Assembly (NCBI GenBank): GCA_035478335.1
Contig: DATIJS010000057.1
Coordinates: forward strand, 8,143 to 72,142
Direction: 5' to 3'
Source: Candidatus Saccharimonadales bacterium
GTDB taxonomy: Bacteria; Patescibacteriota; Microgenomatia; Levybacterales; UBA12049
Length of the DNA stretch: 64,000 bases
The translations under genes and the position numbers were made by a program. The first letter of the stretch is position 1. Every line of letters starts with the position of its first letter. Below, piece by piece: positions 9,560 through 18,214 of this stretch. The notes under the pieces are model-generated. The model had not been told where the DNA came from, made no database searches, and saw only the letters and a list, made by a program, of their open reading frames with translations.

Positions 9560-9590
9560 AACGGGGCATAATTTCTGTGTCCCGTTCTTC
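9560..9590 (+). terminator. putative intrinsic terminator hairpin after the membrane-protein gene
   Basis: AACGGG(9560-9565)…CCCGTT(9581-9586) stem followed by a U-rich stretch. Confidence 0.3.
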
Positions 9591-9623
9591 ATATGGCTTC
9601 TTAAGTCGTGTATAATGCAATTA

Positions 9624-10382
9624 ATGAGTAATGAAAATCTTGACATAAATTTTGTAGATTCTGGAGAAATAATATCATCACAAAAATCAGAGATAAGTTT
9701 TATAGATAATGAGGGATTGAGAAGAGTGGCGGAAAAACTACCTAAAGTTCCTTTTAATGACAAAGAAGTAATGCGGCGGATCACAGAATTAGTGGCCAAA
9801 AGAGGAGTGCCAAAAGAAGACAGTCTTGTCGGGCTTTTAGCTGAGGCACATGTAACTTATGCGCTTGAACAATTGGCAGCAGAAAAGGAATTAGGTTTGG
9901 ATTTATATCCGATTAAAACTCCATCCAAGTCAAGGAAGTATGTATTTGTTAGAAAGAATGATACTGGAAATATCACAGCTATAGAAAAAAGGGGACATGG
10001 CGGGTTGGCGAGTACTGCAATGGAATACGATGGCGTAGTAATGATTGAAGGTGTGGTAACTCTAGTTGATGTTAGGGCAAGTGCAGAAGGTGGTTCAAAA
10101 GGAAAAAGAAATAAGTACAGCTTGAGGGCTTTGCGAGATGATGATTTGCTTAGAGAAAAGCTTAAACCACTTAAGGATAGATTTCCGCTAGCAAGAAATT
10201 TCGGTTGTATTGCTGTTGGCTCACGGGAAGCAATAGGGAAGTCGGGTGAGCGAGAAAAAGCTTTTGCAGAAAAGGGAATGTTTCTTGTTCCTTTGCCAAT
10301 ATCATTACCTGAGTTAAGAGAGCATGCAGTAGATTTACGTAATCGAATACTTGAAATTAGAGCAGTAAATGCAGGTAAATAA
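9624..10382 (+). CDS. hypothetical protein
   Basis: In the tracked ORF 9555-10382, the first ~20 codons overlap the upstream terminator hairpin. In-frame ATGs occur at 9615 and 9624, the latter right after a TATAAT box at 9611-9616, suggesting a leaderless start. Confidence 0.4.
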   Translation: MSNENLDINFVDSGEIISSQKSEISFIDNEGLRRVAEKLPKVPFNDKEVMRRITELVAKRGVPKEDSLVGLLAEAHVTYALEQLAAEKELGLDLYPIKTPSKSRKYVFVRKNDTGNITAIEKRGHGGLASTAMEYDGVVMIEGVVTLVDVRASAEGGSKGKRNKYSLRALRDDDLLREKLKPLKDRFPLARNFGCIAVGSREAIGKSGEREKAFAEKGMFLVPLPISLPELREHAVDLRNRILEIRAVNAGK

Positions 10383-10395
10383 ATTATTAAAAAAT

Positions 10396-10424
10396 TTGAC
10401 AAAATAATTTTAGTTTTATATAAT
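10396..10424 (+). promoter_or_regulatory. perfect consensus sigma-70 type promoter (TTGACA-17 nt-TATAAT)
   Basis: TTGACA at 10396-10401, a 17-nt spacer, then TATAAT at 10419-10424 (an extended TATATAAT). No ORF follows; a structured GC-richer segment and a terminator do. Confidence 0.55.
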
Positions 10425-10430
10425 CAAATC

Positions 10431-10615
10431 ATAAAGCGTTATTAGTTTGGCTTCCTACCAAACGATTCCTTCGGTTAACTCAGGGGAGACGCTGATTGGG
10501 AAAATCTAGTACTAACCAATCCGGGAGGTTCCCGTTACAGAACAAACTTGTGTCGGCCTAGCTGGAGCAAGGATAAGAATAATTTATCTTTGCACACCAA
10601 GTGGTGTGTTTTTTT
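10431..10615 (+). ncRNA. candidate small RNA (~185 nt) of unknown identity; 6S-like size
   Basis: Bounded by the consensus promoter above and an intrinsic terminator (CACACCAAGTGGTGTG plus a T7 run at 10593-10615). It contains several local hairpins (GTTTGG…CCAAAC, GATTGG…CCAATC, CGGGA-GGT-TCCCG, GATAA…TTATC) and is GC-richer than its flanks. There is no start codon or ORF. Confidence 0.45.
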
Positions 10616-10767
10616 ATAGGTAAATTAGAAAAGCAAGGTGGTACCGTGTCAAAATCAAAAGTCAAAGATTAGAAATCAAAAATAATCAAGACAAAAGATT
10701 TTACGCCCTTGTAAGAATATAACTGTAAGTCAGTTGTGTTTTTGCAAGGGATTTTTTGTTTGTTTAA

Positions 10768-10835
10768 ATTGTCATCCCCGCGCAGGCGGGGATCCAGGTG
10801 TTTATCTAGATTCCCGTTTTCACGAGAATGACAAG
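10768..10835 (+). promoter_or_regulatory. structured TTGTCAT-hairpin-…-ATGACAA motif, copy B (copy A is at 348-403)
   Basis: ATTGTCAT + CCCCGC-GCAG-GCGGGG hairpin + ATCCAGG … CGAGAATGACAA. The outer 7-nt arms are reverse complements. A second copy with the same architecture lies at 348-403. Confidence 0.4.
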
Positions 10836-10858
10836 GTAAGTATTTATAATAAATTAAT

Positions 10859-11881
10859 ATGAAAATAATAGATGTTGAAACATTAATAAGCTTAGTAGGT
10901 AAGCACAGTTTGGATCTTTTTTTGAGAGATCTTATTCTAGCGCTGAAAAGGGATTATGGCAGATGGAATCAATTTACCAATATTCCACGGCCTTCTATGC
11001 ATGTAGAGGGTGGTGTTTTGGAATTGATGCCGATTTGTGACAACGAATTGTATTACACCTATAAATACGTAAATGGTCATCCCAAAAATCCTGAAACAGG
11101 TAAAATGACAGTTGTGGCAACAGGACAACTGTCGGAAATCTCAACAGGTTATCCTTTGATGTTCTCTGAAATGACATTACTTACCGCTCTTCGTACTGCG
11201 GCTAATTCTGCTCTGGCAACAGATCTGATGTCAAGAAATGACGCGAAAGTCCTGGCCATTATCGGGACAGGAGCACAGAGCGAATTTCAGGTCCGGGGAG
11301 TCCAATTAGTACGTGATATTCAGGAAGTAAGATATTTTGATATTGATGGGAAAGCAATGGATAAGTTTGAAAAAAATATGAAAAAAACCAATACTAAATT
11401 AGTTCGATGCAAAAGCGCAAAAGAGGCAGTAAAAGACGCAGACATAATTACTATCTGTACAGCGTGCAAAGAACATGTGGATGTGATTAAGAATGCATGG
11501 ATCAAGAAAGGAGTACATATCAACGCGCTAGGGGGAGATACCATCGGAAAAACAGAGTTAGAATTTGATATTTTAAAACGCTCAAGAATAGTTGTTGAGT
11601 ATTTCAATCAGGCTTACATTGAGGGAGAGATTCAAAGATTTAGCAGAAATGAGGCCAAAAATCGTGTATTTGCTGAGATTCATGAATTAGTAACAGGATC
11701 CAAAATTGCAAGGGAGAATGATGAACAAATAACTGTTTTTGATTCAGTGGGAATTGCGCTTGAGGATTATTCAGCGCTCAGATTGGTATACGAATTATCA
11801 GAAAAATACAACATCGGAGAGGAATTGGACATGATTCCAGTTCTCAAAGATTCTAAAGATTTGATATCTGTTCTGACATGA
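10859..11881 (+). CDS. ornithine cyclodeaminase / mu-crystallin family protein
   Basis: OCD-family length with a Rossmann AIIGTGAQS motif. A TATAAT box at 10845-10850 lies 8 nt before the ATG. Confidence 0.75.
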   Translation: MKIIDVETLISLVGKHSLDLFLRDLILALKRDYGRWNQFTNIPRPSMHVEGGVLELMPICDNELYYTYKYVNGHPKNPETGKMTVVATGQLSEISTGYPLMFSEMTLLTALRTAANSALATDLMSRNDAKVLAIIGTGAQSEFQVRGVQLVRDIQEVRYFDIDGKAMDKFEKNMKKTNTKLVRCKSAKEAVKDADIITICTACKEHVDVIKNAWIKKGVHINALGGDTIGKTELEFDILKRSRIVVEYFNQAYIEGEIQRFSRNEAKNRVFAEIHELVTGSKIARENDEQITVFDSVGIALEDYSALRLVYELSEKYNIGEELDMIPVLKDSKDLISVLT

Positions 11882-11893
11882 TATACTTATGAT

Positions 11894-13123
11894 ATGAAAT
11901 ATTCAAAATTATTTGTAAAGACATTGCGTACTCCTCCCAAGGATGCGGATACAATTAATCACAAGCTTTTAACACAGGCCGGTTTTGTTGATCAATTAAT
12001 GGCTGGTGTTTACAGCTATTTACCTCTGGGACTTCGAGTCCTTAAAAAGATTGAGCAAATTGTTCGTGAAGAGATGAATGCAATCGGAGGGCAGGAAATT
12101 TTGATGCCTGTTTTTCACCCGAAAGATAATTGGGAAACAACTAAAGGCTGGGATAAGGTTGATGTATTATTTAAGCTAAAATCCCGCAATGAAAAAGAAT
12201 ATGCTTTGGGTTCAAGTGAAGAAGAAGTTGTTACCCCTTTGGTTATGAAGAGCGTAAAGTCTTATCAGGATTTACCTCAAGCAGTCTATCAGATTCATTG
12301 GAAATTTAGAGATGAATTGAGGTCAAAATCTGGAATAATGCGGGGACGTGAATTTCTCATGAAAGACATGTATAGCTTTCATGATACGCAAGAAGATTTT
12401 GATAAACTCTATGAAGCTTCAAAAAAGGCTTATTTGAAAGTTTATGAAAGGTTGGGTTTGGTTGCAAAAGTTACCGAAGCATCGGGAGGGGACTTTACTG
12501 AGAAAATTTCTTATGAGTTTATGATCCTGACAGATGCAGGGGAAGACGATATTTTGTATTGCAGCGATTGCGATTTTTGCGTAAATCTAGAGATTGCAAA
12601 AGTGAAGGAAGGAGATAAATGTCCTAAATGTAAAAAAGCTGCTTTACAAAAAGCCCGAGCATCTGAAGCAGGAAATGTCTTTGATCTTGGGCAGAAATAT
12701 ACTAAAGACTTTAATTTTACGTATATGGCTTCAGATGGCAGCCAAAAGTATCCAATTATGGGTTGTTATGGATTGGGGGTATCAAGGGTGATGGGCATAC
12801 TTGTTGAGAAGTTTAACGATGATAGAGGTATCATCTGGCCTGCTTCTGTTGCGCCGTTTGATGTCCATCTTATTTCTATAAAAAGTAACGATAAGGCTGA
12901 GGAGGTTTACAAAAAATTACAAGATGCAGGTATAGAGGTTTTATTTGACGATCGTGAAGATGTGTCGGCCGGTAATCAATTTGCAGATGCTGATCTGATA
13001 GGGATTCCTGTACGGTTGGTGGTAAGTGCCAAGTCTGGAGATAAGATTGAGTGGAAAGAGAGAACTAAAAAAGAGACAGAATTGTTGTCATTTGATGAAG
13101 TTTTGAAAAAGCTACAAAATTAG
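11894..13123 (+). CDS. proS: prolyl-tRNA synthetase (short form lacking the editing insertion)
   Basis: Class II aaRS motifs: GIMRGREFLMKDMYSF (motif 2 region) and GCYGLGVSR (motif 3), with an anticodon-binding C-terminal domain. TGaTATACT at 11879-11887 lies 6 nt before the ATG. Confidence 0.9.
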   Translation: MKYSKLFVKTLRTPPKDADTINHKLLTQAGFVDQLMAGVYSYLPLGLRVLKKIEQIVREEMNAIGGQEILMPVFHPKDNWETTKGWDKVDVLFKLKSRNEKEYALGSSEEEVVTPLVMKSVKSYQDLPQAVYQIHWKFRDELRSKSGIMRGREFLMKDMYSFHDTQEDFDKLYEASKKAYLKVYERLGLVAKVTEASGGDFTEKISYEFMILTDAGEDDILYCSDCDFCVNLEIAKVKEGDKCPKCKKAALQKARASEAGNVFDLGQKYTKDFNFTYMASDGSQKYPIMGCYGLGVSRVMGILVEKFNDDRGIIWPASVAPFDVHLISIKSNDKAEEVYKKLQDAGIEVLFDDREDVSAGNQFADADLIGIPVRLVVSAKSGDKIEWKERTKKETELLSFDEVLKKLQN

Positions 13124-13142
13124 GAATGTTTACCGCCAAGAA

Positions 13143-13547
13143 TTAGAATGGGAGACTAACATTGAAGATTTTGACCCAGAAAAACACATAAATAACGAAG
13201 AATACAATTGCTCCTAGAATATAGAATATCCTGATTAGACCCGAATGTCCGTGCGGTTTTGTTACTATTGCAGACGAAGAACTTTGCGGTAATGGCTGAT
13301 TTATAGTTACAGTCTGAGGCTGCTGTTCGGGGATAGGGGATAGACTGTCTGCAGTGGCATTCGCTGTATTTTCTAGGCTTGCGCTGGGTGTCGGATTGGC
13401 CGGCTGGGCTGCGTCGGCAGACGGTTGTGGCATGATTGAAGAATCTGGTAGTGGAGAACTTCCGGGCGCAGCACTAGGCGCTCCCATCACGCGGTCATAG
13501 GTTTCTTTTAATTTAGGGTCAAGATTGGAAAGTGATTGCGGATCCAT
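13143..13547 (-). CDS. hypothetical Pro/Ser/Ala-rich protein with C-terminal TM anchor
   Basis: ORF with a low-complexity P/S/A-rich middle and a hydrophobic C-terminus (IFYILGAIVFFVIYVFFWV). Confidence 0.4.
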   Translation of the reverse strand: MDPQSLSNLDPKLKETYDRVMGAPSAAPGSSPLPDSSIMPQPSADAAQPANPTPSASLENTANATADSLSPIPEQQPQTVTINQPLPQSSSSAIVTKPHGHSGLIRIFYILGAIVFFVIYVFFWVKIFNVSLPF

Positions 13548-13623
13548 AATATTGCTCTATTAATATCTTCAGACATTTGCAATTATTTGTCAAGGGTGGA
13601 GGTTTTTGCCTTCGAAAACTATT

Positions 13624-13752
13624 AAATCCGAAGCATGAAATCTGAAATCCGAAACAGTATCAAAATACAAATAACAAAAATACAAAAAATGTTTTGATAA
13701 TTTATTAAATTTGGATTTGTTTCGAGTTTCGATATTCTAATTTCGAATTTTT
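13624..13752. repeat. AT-rich palindromic intergenic element, family 2 copy a
   Basis: Arms GAAATC(C/T)GA repeats ↔ TTTCGA repeats around a centre ATAACAAAAATACAAAAAATGTTTT. The centre is shared with 15954-16085. Confidence 0.45.
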
Positions 13753-13775
13753 ATGATCCATGTTATACTACCATC

Positions 13776-14681
13776 ATGAAGATAATAGTTACTCATATGT
13801 CTCCTGACTGGGATGCAATAGGATCTGTCTGGCTGATACGGAAATTTTTGCCCGGATGGGAAGGTGCTGAAGTTAAATTTGTACCGGCAGGGCAGCGACT
13901 CAGGGATCAGGTTTCAGGATTCAGGGTTCAGGACCAAAACCCTATTGAACTCATTGGGGAGGATGAAGTGATCCATGTTGATACCGGGCTTGGGCCGCTT
14001 GATCATCATCAAACGCAAGACAGCGATGTTTGCGGAGCTTCATTAACTTGGGAATATGTTCAGGAAATGATAAAGAATGCCGGTGACAATCTGACTGAGG
14101 AGCATATAGAAGCAATCAGCAGAATTGTTAAAATTATTGTTGATACGGATCATTTTAAGGAAGTTTACTGGAAAGATGCAGCGGAGGACTATCAAGAGTT
14201 TGGTTTGTTAGGACTTTTGGAGGGGTTGAAACTTCAGAAACCCGGGCAAGACTCAGAATATGTACGATTTGGAATAGATTGCCTAGAAGCATTGGTGCAC
14301 ACGTTTGAAAATCGCATTTGGGCTGAGAAAGAAATAAAAGAAAAGGGGATTGAATTTAAAACCAAATACGGAAAAGCAATGGGATTTGAGACACTAAATG
14401 ATACAGTGTTAAAATTGGCACAAAAGCAAGGCTATATTTTGGTTGTCAGAAAAGATCCCCGCAAGGGCTATGTTCGCATTAAAACTCTGCCTGCAACAAA
14501 AAAAGACAAAGGAATTGACCTTACTCTTACATATGAGCAATTGAGGAAGATTGACCCGGATGCAACTTGGTTTCTGCATATTTCTAAAAAAATGCTTCTC
14601 AATGGAACACCCAAAAATCCCAAAATGAGACCAACAAAATTATCTCTAACAGATATTATCAAAGTTTTAGAGAAAATTTGA
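13776..14681 (+). CDS. DHH-family phosphoesterase (NrnA-like)
   Basis: THMSPDWDAIGS (HxxPDxDAxGS) and LDHHQ (DHH) motifs. TGtTATACT at 13761-13769 lies 6 nt before the ATG. Confidence 0.6.
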   Translation: MKIIVTHMSPDWDAIGSVWLIRKFLPGWEGAEVKFVPAGQRLRDQVSGFRVQDQNPIELIGEDEVIHVDTGLGPLDHHQTQDSDVCGASLTWEYVQEMIKNAGDNLTEEHIEAISRIVKIIVDTDHFKEVYWKDAAEDYQEFGLLGLLEGLKLQKPGQDSEYVRFGIDCLEALVHTFENRIWAEKEIKEKGIEFKTKYGKAMGFETLNDTVLKLAQKQGYILVVRKDPRKGYVRIKTLPATKKDKGIDLTLTYEQLRKIDPDATWFLHISKKMLLNGTPKNPKMRPTKLSLTDIIKVLEKI

Positions 14682-14810
14682 AATAACCCAATAACCCAAT
14701 AAGCAAATACTACAAATCAAAATCCAATGCAGAATGCTCAATGAAAATATTTTTTATTTGAAATTTAGTTATTGATTTGTTTATTTGTTTATTGGTAGTA
14801 TTGGGTTATT
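14682..14810. repeat. AT-rich palindromic intergenic element, family 1 copy a
   Basis: Arms are built from short tandem repeats (AATAACCC x2 … TTTGTTTATTTGTTTATT). The sequence is homologous to the element at 16473-16620. Confidence 0.55.
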
Positions 14811-15146
14811 ATGAGTGACGCGAGTTGTCTTTTTTGTAAATTTGCAACTGGGGAAATTAAGAAGGAATTCCTTTATCAGGACGAGGATGTTATGGTTTTT
14901 GCTGACATTCATCCGATCAAGCCAGTGCATCTATTAATAGTTCCCAAGACTCATGTTCCTGAATTTTCCTCTGTTGAGCCTGATTTGATGCAAAAACTTC
15001 TTGAGGTTGTTCGGAAAATGGCCAATAGAGAAGGCTTGGACAAGGGGAGAGGTTACAGGATTGGTATGAACGCCGGGGGAGCAGAAGCGATAAAGCATCT
15101 ACACATTCACCTCATGGGCCCGATAAAAAATACGGATGGAATGTAA
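14811..15146 (+). CDS. HIT-family (histidine triad) protein
   Basis: HLHIHLM histidine triad with a HIT fold length of 111 aa. Confidence 0.85.
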   Translation: MSDASCLFCKFATGEIKKEFLYQDEDVMVFADIHPIKPVHLLIVPKTHVPEFSSVEPDLMQKLLEVVRKMANREGLDKGRGYRIGMNAGGAEAIKHLHIHLMGPIKNTDGM

Positions 15147-15226
15147 GCAGTTTAATATTTGGAATTATCGTATGAAATATTTTGTGTTCAAGAATGTGGT
15201 TAGATAAAGAAAGATAGTAGTAAGAC

Positions 15227-15613
15227 TTAAGGCCTTAGAAGTTTTCTTCCCTCCTCAAGAGAATGATATTTTGGAGGACTTACTGTAGGATCTTGGCCAC
15301 CAGCATTAGGAGAAGTAGTTGTATAGATTGCTGCTTTAGGTGGTAATCCACGCTCGCGGTAAATGCTAAATGTGGTTAGAGTTACGATGCCATCTGCAAC
15401 ACTTTTTAAAATCAATAAATTTCGGTTCCTGTTATTTATATTTATCCGAGTTACAGGAGGACCCTTAGATTTGTGAGGTGAATGAGCAGCAAAATATATG
15501 AGTTGACCTACAGCATTAGGGTCTAGGTCAGCAAAAGGATCTTCTCTTTTTATTACTAAGTTACGGTTTCCGTCTATTCCGGTATCTACCTCTGTATCCT
15601 TTTCGTTACTCAT
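15227..15613 (-). CDS. hypothetical protein
   Basis: Isolated 128-aa ORF between flanking genes. Composition is coding-like but no motif was recognised. Confidence 0.3.
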   Translation of the reverse strand: MSNEKDTEVDTGIDGNRNLVIKREDPFADLDPNAVGQLIYFAAHSPHKSKGPPVTRININNRNRNLLILKSVADGIVTLTTFSIYRERGLPPKAAIYTTTSPNAGGQDPTVSPPKYHSLEEGRKLLRP

Positions 15614-15764
15614 GAGGGTGGTATAGTATCACATCTTTGCTGTTTACACAAGCCACGTTTTGAGGTAAAATGTAATCAACGCTTAACAATTCACAGCTCA
15701 CAATTGACCACAAGGTTAATTGTGAATAGTCAAATGCTAATTGTTTAAAAGGAGGTGTTGTTTT

Positions 15765-15953
15765 ATGGTACATGTTAAAAAACTTCCAGGTCAGTCAGAT
15801 GACCAGGTAATTAGAAATTTTTCCAAAAAAGTAATGGATGCCGGTATTATTCAGGAGGCCAAAAGGCGCAAATTTTATCTTAAGCCATCGCTTGCCAAAA
15901 AATTGAAGAAAAAAATGAAGCAGGAAGAAGCTGCAAGAGTAAAGTTATTTTAA
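15765..15953 (+). CDS. rpsU: 30S ribosomal protein S21
   Basis: MVHVKKLPGQS…IRNFSKKV…RRKFYLKPS…KKLKKK matches S21. The AAGGAGG RBS at 15749-15755 sits 9 nt upstream of the ATG. The tracked ORF start at 15741 is a TTG upstream of the RBS. Confidence 0.85.
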   Translation: MVHVKKLPGQSDDQVIRNFSKKVMDAGIIQEAKRRKFYLKPSLAKKLKKKMKQEEAARVKLF

Positions 15954-16085
15954 TTCCTAATATCTAATTTCTAAATCCTAAATAATACCAAATTCATAAT
16001 AACAAAAAGCAAAAACATTTTGGTATTTGAAATTTATATTTAGAATTTATTTAGAGTTTAGTATTTAGTATTTTTAAAAGATATA
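15954..16085. repeat. AT-rich palindromic intergenic element, family 2 copy b
   Basis: Arms CTAA(T/A) repeats ↔ ATTTAG repeats around a centre ATAACAAAAAGCAAAAACATTTT. Confidence 0.45.
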
Positions 16086-16472
16086 ATGGATAATATCAAT
16101 GTTCTTATTTATGTTGAAAGCAGGTATAAAGTTTCTCGCAAAAAAATAAAATCTGCAATTAAAAGTGTTTGCGAGGAAAATAATCTTACCAGTCCTGTTG
16201 AGGTAAGTGTTGCCATTGTCGGGGATCGTAAGATGAAAAAGCTCAACAAAGAGTATCGAGATAAAGAAGGAACAACAAATATTCTTTCATTTCCGCTTGC
16301 TGAAGGAGAACAGTCCAAATTGCCATCAGATGTAACAAGACTTGGGGATATCATTATTTCTTATCCAATGGTAATTAAAGAAGCTGCGCGGGATGAAGTG
16401 TTGGTAGATGAGCGCGTTGATGAATTGGTAAGACATGGAATGCTGCACCTGCTTGGGTTGCACCATGAATAA
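16086..16472 (+). CDS. ybeY: endoribonuclease YbeY (rRNA maturation factor)
   Basis: NILSFP, GDIIIS and the HGMLHLLGLHHE zinc-binding motif (H..H…H). Confidence 0.85.
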   Translation: MDNINVLIYVESRYKVSRKKIKSAIKSVCEENNLTSPVEVSVAIVGDRKMKKLNKEYRDKEGTTNILSFPLAEGEQSKLPSDVTRLGDIIISYPMVIKEAARDEVLVDERVDELVRHGMLHLLGLHHE

Positions 16473-16620
16473 AAATACTACCAATAACCCAATATGCAAA
16501 TACTACCAATCAATAACCCAATACAAAATATTCAAATATAGAATTCTACATTTAGATTTTTAGCGTTGATTTGACTATTGGATTATTTGTTTATTTGTAG
16601 TATTCTTCGACTGAAAGAAG
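16473..16620. repeat. AT-rich palindromic intergenic element, family 1 copy b
   Basis: Shares ~30-nt blocks with 14682-14810 (AATAACCCAATA.GCAAATACTAC.AATCAA; TTGATTTG…TTATTTGT.TATTTGTAGTATT) and has an inverted-repeat architecture. Confidence 0.55.
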
Positions 16621-16624
16621 AAGT

Positions 16625-18214
16625 ATGGTTTTTTACAGAAAGTATCGCCCACAAAAAATTGAAGATTTAGATAGTCAAGCTGTTCGTCAAACATTGACTT
16701 CCGTACTCTCCCAGAATCCACCTCATGCCTTCCTCTTTACCGGTCCAAAAGGTCTTGGTAAGACATCAGCAGCCAGGATAATTGCTAAAGTTGTCAATTG
16801 CACAGGACGACAATTAACAGTTAACAATTTACAGTCAACAAAAGAAAAGTCAAATGTTAAAGGTCAATTGTCAAATTTTGATTCCATCGAACCATGTAAT
16901 AAATGCGAGCAATGCATCTCCATTACAAATGGAACAAATATGGATATTCTGGAAATTGATGCAGCAAGCAACAGGGGAATTGATGAGATCCGTGATTTGA
17001 AAGAAAAAATAAGACTTGCCCCGATGAGTGCTAGCAAAAAAGTTTACATAATTGATGAGGTGCATATGCTGACAACAGAGGCATTTAATGCTTTGCTTAA
17101 AACTCTGGAGGAGCCGCCAAGTCATGCCATGTTCATACTTTGCACTACTGAACCGCAAAAAGTTCCCGATACTATTTTATCCAGATGTCTGCATATCGCA
17201 TTCAAGCCGGCAACTGAGGAGGAATTGATTCGTTCGTTTAAAAGGATTGTTAAGGAGGAGAAGATTGACATAGCTGATGATGCATTAAAATATGTTGCAA
17301 ATTTATCAGATAGAGGTTTTAGAGATGGAGCCAAAATATTGGAAGAAGTATCCAGCCTATCGGGGGGCAAAAAAATAACAATTCAATTGATGGAAGAAAA
17401 ATATCATGCGTCAAGTTCTGCAGTTTATGTGACAAAGATGCTTGATGCTTTGGGCAAAAAAGATATAAAAGCAGCACTTAAAATTGTTGAAAGCATGGTT
17501 GAGCAGGGTTTTGATATCAAATATTTTATTACTCAGCTAATTGATGTACTGCATGAAATTTTATTGATAAAGACAGATGTAATAGCAAATGAAGAAAAAA
17601 ACATCAATGACTTTAGCATCGATCAATTAATTGTATTATTTGAGTTGCTCTCCGGAGCCCAACTGGATGCAAAGGCTGCTGTTTTGCCGCAATTGCCGCT
17701 TGAATTGGCAATTATAGATTATGGATTGCAAAACTACACCGAGTCAAGCGGGGCTACGCCTGAACAAAACCAACAACTCGGAGATGGTAATCAGCGAATT
17801 TCTGCGTATGGATCAGCGTCAATCAGCGACATGAGGAAACAAGATGGGAATATTAAAAAAATTAAAGCAATGTATGGCCCGGCAAAGCAGGATTCTGTAA
17901 TCGAGAAGACTCCAACACAGCCAAGCGGTGAGCTGTTGCACACTTCGGCAACAGGTACGCTTTCCAGTGAATGGCTGGATACATTTTGGAAGAGTATCAT
18001 CTCAGAGATGAAGAATTATAATCATACAGTTGCCGGAGTGTTAAGAGGTGCAAAAATAGGCAGTTTTGATAAAAAAACCCTTGTTATTGAGACCAGCTTT
18101 AAATTTCATAAAGAGAGGCTATCTGATATGAAAACAATAACAGAATTATCAAGAATCGCAAAAATGCTTACTGGAAAAGATGTGACAGTTGAGGTACAAT
18201 TACGTAGGGACTAG
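16625..18214 (+). CDS. dnaX: DNA polymerase III subunit gamma/tau
   Basis: YRPQKIEDL…FTGPKGLGKTS Walker A motif, a CxxC zinc module (CNKCEQC), DEVHML Walker B and a SRC motif. Confidence 0.9.
   Translation: MVFYRKYRPQKIEDLDSQAVRQTLTSVLSQNPPHAFLFTGPKGLGKTSAARIIAKVVNCTGRQLTVNNLQSTKEKSNVKGQLSNFDSIEPCNKCEQCISITNGTNMDILEIDAASNRGIDEIRDLKEKIRLAPMSASKKVYIIDEVHMLTTEAFNALLKTLEEPPSHAMFILCTTEPQKVPDTILSRCLHIAFKPATEEELIRSFKRIVKEEKIDIADDALKYVANLSDRGFRDGAKILEEVSSLSGGKKITIQLMEEKYHASSSAVYVTKMLDALGKKDIKAALKIVESMVEQGFDIKYFITQLIDVLHEILLIKTDVIANEEKNINDFSIDQLIVLFELLSGAQLDAKAAVLPQLPLELAIIDYGLQNYTESSGATPEQNQQLGDGNQRISAYGSASISDMRKQDGNIKKIKAMYGPAKQDSVIEKTPTQPSGELLHTSATGTLSSEWLDTFWKSIISEMKNYNHTVAGVLRGAKIGSFDKKTLVIETSFKFHKERLSDMKTITELSRIAKMLTGKDVTVEVQLRRD

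Noticed and set aside
9555-9623. Long N-terminal extension of ORF 9555-10382 (MQTGHNFCVPFFIWLLKSCI…)
   Set aside because: This stretch overlaps the terminator hairpin of the upstream gene and precedes a TATAAT box. The real start is more likely the ATG at 9615 or 9624.
13901-13930. Short TTCAGG-like repeats inside the DHH gene
   Set aside because: These are only three imperfect copies, in-frame and encoding an SGFRVQDQ linker. There is no evidence of instability.
15741-15764. TTG-initiated N-terminal extension of rpsU (MFKRRCCF…)
   Set aside because: The extension begins upstream of the AAGGAGG ribosome-binding site. The ATG at 15765 gives the canonical S21 N-terminus MVHVKK with correct RBS spacing.
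17369-17375. A7 tract in dnaX as a possible gamma-subunit frameshift / transcriptional-slippage site
   Set aside because: A TAA stop lies right after the tract in the +1 frame, but the site is around residue 250. Truncation there would remove domain III, which a functional gamma subunit needs. This is unlike the E. coli or Thermus sites located after domain III. The 0-frame heptamer is also C-AAA-AAA rather than a proper X-XXY-YYZ slippery site.
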